Source of the DNA: Naegleria gruberi
Lineage: Eukaryota
Length of the DNA: 20,111 nt
Strand: one strand, 5' to 3'
NCBI GenBank assembly: GCA_000004985.1
Contig: GG738950.1
Position numbers and translations under genes: made by a program. The notes beneath the pieces are model-generated. The model did no database searches, was not told the DNA's origin, and saw only the letters and a list, made by a program, of their open reading frames with translations. Below, piece after piece: positions 16,318 to 20,111 of the stretch. The stretch's first letter is position 1. The number at the start of each line of letters is the position of its first letter.

Positions 16318-18077
16318 ATGTCTTCAATCCTTGTTGTCGGTGTTTTTGGCACTGATGGTAAACTCTCAACCACTGCTCAAACTATTTTTACCTCTAAATT
16401 CCAAGACAACAAATTCTTAAAGAACAATTCATGGGTTGGCACTGATCGTAGTGTTGAATTGTCCTTGTTGAATGTTGATGATGTTTTTGAGACTAGTTTC
16501 ACTCTCAGAAATACTATTGAAAAGATTGTTTTTGTTGGTGTTGCTCAAAAGGAAAAGAAGCCTACAGAAAATTCAAGTGTTTTTGAACTCTCATCACAAT
16601 ATAGTCAACAAGCTGTTGCTGATAGACATGAATTTGTTACTCTCAACCAATCTATTAGAAATCAAGTAACAACTCTTGTTGAATCCATCAAGAAGGATAA
16701 GAAGGATGAAAAATTCGTTATTTACTTTGATGATTTCAATGGTCATTCACAAGCTGTTGCTGAAGGTGCTGCTTTGGCTACTTGGAAATTTGATTTGGAC
16801 TTTGATAAGTTTTTGGCTCCAATCTTTGGTCGTGATGGTTTATTGTTGAATTCATTCAAGGCTCTCCCATCGGCCACTGAAAATGATCAAAAGCAATTCA
16901 AGACTGGTATTATTACTGGTAGCTCTCAATTGTTCAGTAGATATATTTTGGAACTTCCAGGTAAGTTTAATTTGATATCAAGTATTATTAACAGGATTCA
17001 TTTATTATCTATTATATACTACTTTTGATCATAATAATAATAATATTATAATTTTATAATTAATTGTTAACATCTGTATCTACACACAACAATATTCGGA
17101 ATGTCATATCATTGTCATACTATTTAGCTAACTATTGTACACCAATCAAATATTGTGATTTACTTAAATTGAAGATTGAAAAGTATTCATTGTTCGTCAG
17201 TCAAGAATTCCTCTCTGCCAAGAGTAAGATTAATGTCTACGATGAAGAATGGGCTAAATCAAAGGGTATGGGATCATTCCTCTCCGTTACTGCTGGTACT
17301 AGTGCTCCAGCTAGAGTTTTGGAAGTTGTCTATACTAACAATTCTCAAAAGAAGGCTGATGAATACGATTTGGCTATTCTTGGTAAGGGTATTACTTTCG
17401 ATTCTGGTGGTATTTCATTAAAGCCAGGTGAAGGTATGAAGGAAATGAAGGGAGATTGTGGTGGTTCATCTGCTGCTTTTGGTGCTGCTGTTGCTGCTTT
17501 GGAATTGGAATTGCCATTGAATATTATCACTGTTGCCATGTTGTGTGAAAATATGCCAGGTCCAGATGCTACCAAGCCAGGTGATGTTGTCATTGCTATG
17601 AATGGAAAGACTATTGAAGTTGATAACACTGATGCTGAAGGTAGATTAATTTTGGCTGATGGTTTGTGTTATTTGAGTGAAAAGCAACCAGAAGTTTTGT
17701 TGGATATGGCAACTTTGACAGGTGCTGTTATTATTGCCCTTTCTCATGTTACTGCTGCTGTTTACACTAATTCTCATGAATTATTTGCTGGTTTGGAAAA
17801 GGCCTCTTATCAAACAAATGATTACTTGTGGAGAATGCCAATTTTCAGAGATGAATATTTGGGTCAAATGAAGTCAGATGTTTCTGATTACAACAATATT
17901 GGAGGTAGACCAGGTGGTAGTTGTACTGCTGCTACTTTCTTGAGTGAATTTGTTGATTTCTCAAAGGTTAAGAAGTGGGCTCACTTGGATATTGCTGCTG
18001 TTACTCACACTAAGGCAGGATACACTGGTAGACCAACTCGTGCCATTGTTGAATATATGCAACAACTCTCAAAATAA
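16318..18077 (+). CDS. leucyl/cytosol aminopeptidase, peptidase family M17, 2 exons, ~530 aa
   Basis: Exons are 16318-16960 and 17128-18077. The intron, 16961-17127, is 167 nt, GTAAGT...TTTAG, phase 1, and restores ...ILELPG|ANYCTPIKY, matching the M17 NTPAN.LTP motif. Catalytic-domain signatures are present: AILGKGITFDSGGISLKPGEGMKEMKGDCGGSSA, CENMPGPDATKPGDVV, NTDAEGRLILADGLCYL and LDMATLTGAV. ATG 16318 lies in an aaaaaaagaaacaacATG context; the upstream extension in the track starts at TTG 16246. The stop is TAA 18075-18077. Codon usage, biased to ggt, gct and ttg, suggests high expression. Confidence 0.85.
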
Positions 18078-18109
18078 ATTATTTGATTTCCTCTTATTGA
18101 TGTCTTATG

Positions 18110-18115
18110 AATAAA
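18110..18115 (+). promoter_or_regulatory. candidate polyadenylation signal AATAAA downstream of the aminopeptidase stop
   Basis: gAATAAAcc lies 33 nt after the TAA; another AATAAA overlaps the stop codon at 18073-18078. Sequence motif only. Confidence 0.3.
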
Positions 18116-18321
18116 CCTCCAAGCTCAATTTCACTTACTATGCTGCCTACTACAACAATTCCACAAGACTTTTGTTGAATCCATGTATTTGAAATTCAAA
18201 TGTTGGCGATTGGGAATATTTTGGAGAATGGTTGAGAATTTAATTTATGTTCACTCACATAGAATTGTTCAATAAATAACGTTTGGTATTGATATAAGAG
18301 ACATTAATAAAGTTTCACGTT

Positions 18322-20111
18322 TTATTCTTCACCAATTTCATTGTGACCAATATTAAGTGATGTTAATTGTTTCATTTCACTTATGTATTTGGATCCTTCT
18401 ACACCAATTTGATTGTAACCAATATTAAGTGATGTTAATGATTTCATTCCACTTATGTATTTGGCTCCTTCTACACCAATTTCATTGTAACCAATATTAA
18501 GTGATGTTAATTGTTTCATTTCACTTATGTATTTGGATCCTTCTACACCAATTTGATTGTAACCAATATTAAGTGATGTTAATGATTTCATTCCACTTAT
18601 GTATTTGGATCCTTCTACACTAATTTCATTGTGACCAATATTAAGTGATGTTAATTGTTTCATTTCACTTATGTATTTGGATCCTTCTACACCAATTTGA
18701 TTGTAACCAATATTAAGTGATGTTAATGATTTCATTCCACTTATGTATTTGGCTCCTTCTTCACCAATTTCATTGTGACCAATATTAAGTGATGTTAATT
18801 GTTTCATTTCACTTATGTATTTGGATCCTTCTACACCAATTTGATTGTAACCAATATAAAGTGATGTTAATGATTTCATTCCACTTATGTATTTGGCTCC
18901 TTCTACACTAATTTGATTGTAACCAATATTAAGTGATGTTAATTGTTTCATTTCACTTATGTATTTGGATCCTTCTACACCAATTTCATTGGAATGTATA
19001 TCAAGTGATGTTAATTGATTCATTTCACTTATGTATTTGGATCCTTCTACACCAATTTGATTGTAACCAATATTAAGTGATGTTAATTGTTTCATTTCAC
19101 TTATGTATTTGGATCCTTCTACACCGATTTCATTGGAATGTATATCAAGTGATGTTAATGATTTCATTTCACTTATGTATTTGGCTCCTTCTACACCAAT
19201 TTCATTGGAATATATATCAAGTGATGTTAATTGTTTCATTTCACTTATGTATTTGGATCCTTCTACACCAATTTCATTGGAATGCATATCAAGTGAAGTT
19301 AATTGATTCATTTCACTTATGTATTTGGCTCCTTCTATACCAATTTCATTGGAATATATATCGAGTGATGTTAATGATTCATTTCACTTATGTATTTGGA
19401 TCCTTCTGCACCAATTTGATTGGAATGTATATCAAGTGATGTTAATTGATTCATTTCACTTATGTATTTGGCTCCTTCTATACCAATTTCATTGGAATAT
19501 ATATCGAGTGATGTTAATGTTTCATTTCACTTATGTATTTGGATCCTTCTACACCAATTTGATTGTAACCAATATTAAGTGATGTTAATTGTTTCATTTC
19601 ACTTATGTATTTGGATCCTTCTACACCAATTTCATTGGAATGTATATCAAGTGATGTTAATTGATTCATTTCACTTATGTATTTGGATCCTTCTACACCA
19701 ATTTGATTGGAACAATATTAAGTGATGTTAATTGTTTCATTTCACTTATGTATTTGGATCCTTCTACACCAATTTCATTGGAATGTATATCAAGTGATGT
19801 TAATTGATTTCATTTCACTTATGTATTTGGCTCCTTCTACACCAATTTCATTGGAATATATATCGAGTGATGTTAATTGATTCATTTCACTTATGTATTT
19901 GGATCCTTCTGCACCAATTTGATTGGAATGTATATCAAGTGATGTTAATTGATTCATTTCACTTATGTATTTGGCTCCTTCTATACCAATTTCATTGGAA
20001 TATATATCAAGTGATGTTAATGATTTCATTTCACTTATGTATTTGGATCCTTCTGCACCAATTTGATTGTAATGTATATCAAGTGATGTTAATTGATTCA
20101 TTTCACTTATG
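18322..20111 (-). CDS. leucine-rich-repeat protein (24-aa RNI-like LRR units, LTSLNIGYNQIGVEGSKYISEMKQ), C-terminal part; gene continues beyond the right window edge
   Basis: Minus-strand stop at rc 18322-18324 (...NIGHNEIGEE*). A continuous 329-codon ORF runs 18322-19311 and a 103-codon ORF runs 19790-20101, both made only of 24-aa LRR units with the pattern L..L.I..N.IG.EG.KYIS.MK., in which the conserved Leu, Ile and Asn positions of a typical LRR are clear. The intervening 19312-19789 is the same repeat but carries four 1-nt indels that break the frame. There is no start codon in the window. Confidence 0.6.
18325..20111. repeat. 72-bp tandem repeat array of about 25 units, with a 144-bp higher-order period toward the 3' end of the gene, coding for the LRR units
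   Basis: The consensus unit ttcacttatgtatttggatccttctacaccaatttgattgtaaccaatattaagtgatgttaattgtttca recurs head-to-tail from 18325 to the window edge. Units alternate between ...gttaattgtttcatttcac (EMKQ) and ...gttaatgatttcattccac (GMKS). The four 144-bp pairs nearest 18322 are nearly identical, and the upstream units are more diverged. Confidence 0.9.

Noticed and set aside
16472-17629. ORFs 16472..16669 (+), 17176..17421 (+) and 17345..17629 (-) inside the aminopeptidase gene
   Set aside because: They overlap the conserved M17 aminopeptidase frame, have no family resemblance, and their compositions mirror the real frame (for example the Ala/Gly/Pro-rich antisense of GGT and GCT codons).
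19077-19582. Plus-strand ORFs 19077..19439, 19103..19306 and 19319..19582 (HLCIWILLH and STPISLECISSDVN repeats)
   Set aside because: They are antisense or alternative-frame readings of the same 72-bp LRR repeat. Periodic repeats are stop-free in several frames. The minus-strand LRR frame has the recognisable leucine-rich-repeat consensus.
18322-20111. Possible CRISPR array, because of the regular 72-bp direct repeats
   Set aside because: There is no repeat-spacer alternation; every unit is a variant of the same sequence. The array is an uninterrupted protein-coding LRR frame on the minus strand in a eukaryotic, intron-containing context.
1-20111. Prokaryotic-style defence, toxin-antitoxin or operon system
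   Set aside because: The window is eukaryotic: it has spliceosomal introns, nuclear-type tRNA genes with Pol III T-run terminators, AATAAA signals and monocistronic genes with A-rich ATG contexts. There are no Shine-Dalgarno-linked gene clusters, so I did not force a 'system' interpretation.

Overview
This is an AT-rich eukaryotic genomic window, not a prokaryotic one. I infer a dictyostelid social amoeba (Dictyostelium or Polysphondylium-like) from short AT-rich GT...AG introns starting GTATGT or GTAAGT, Asn-rich low-complexity proteins, A-rich ATG contexts and dense nuclear-type tRNA genes. Intergenic DNA is about 30-40% GC, which is higher than D. discoideum proper. Confident content is four conserved genes on the + strand: a 5-exon 4-coumarate-CoA ligase-like AMP-binding enzyme, a 3-exon malic enzyme, a KCTD-type BTB/T1-domain protein and a 2-exon M17 leucyl aminopeptidase. 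There are also two F-box-like hypothetical proteins, a DUF4116-like repeat protein, an Asn-rich partial ORF at the left edge, and at the right edge a large minus-strand leucine-rich-repeat gene built from a 72-bp (24-aa) tandem array of at least 1.8 kb. I identify five intact tRNA genes, Pro-UGG and Ala-UGC on the + strand and Ser-AGA, Ser-UGA and Gln-UUG on the - strand, plus one tRNA-Glu(UUC)-like copy with a 12-nt D-arm deletion. There is a 429-nt assembly gap of Ns and one isolated ambiguous base. I see no operon or defence-system architecture. The most interesting unreported-looking signals are: a 148-bp miniature inverted-repeat element with 35-bp terminal inverted repeats and a perfect 8-bp target-site duplication, inserted in-frame into a small acidic ORF at 5301..5464; the tRNA-Ala plus truncated tRNA-Glu tandem; a gene sandwiched between two same-strand tRNA-Ser genes with its stop codon inside one of them; frame-breaking indels inside the LRR array; and two near-identical 107-nt introns in the CoA-ligase gene.
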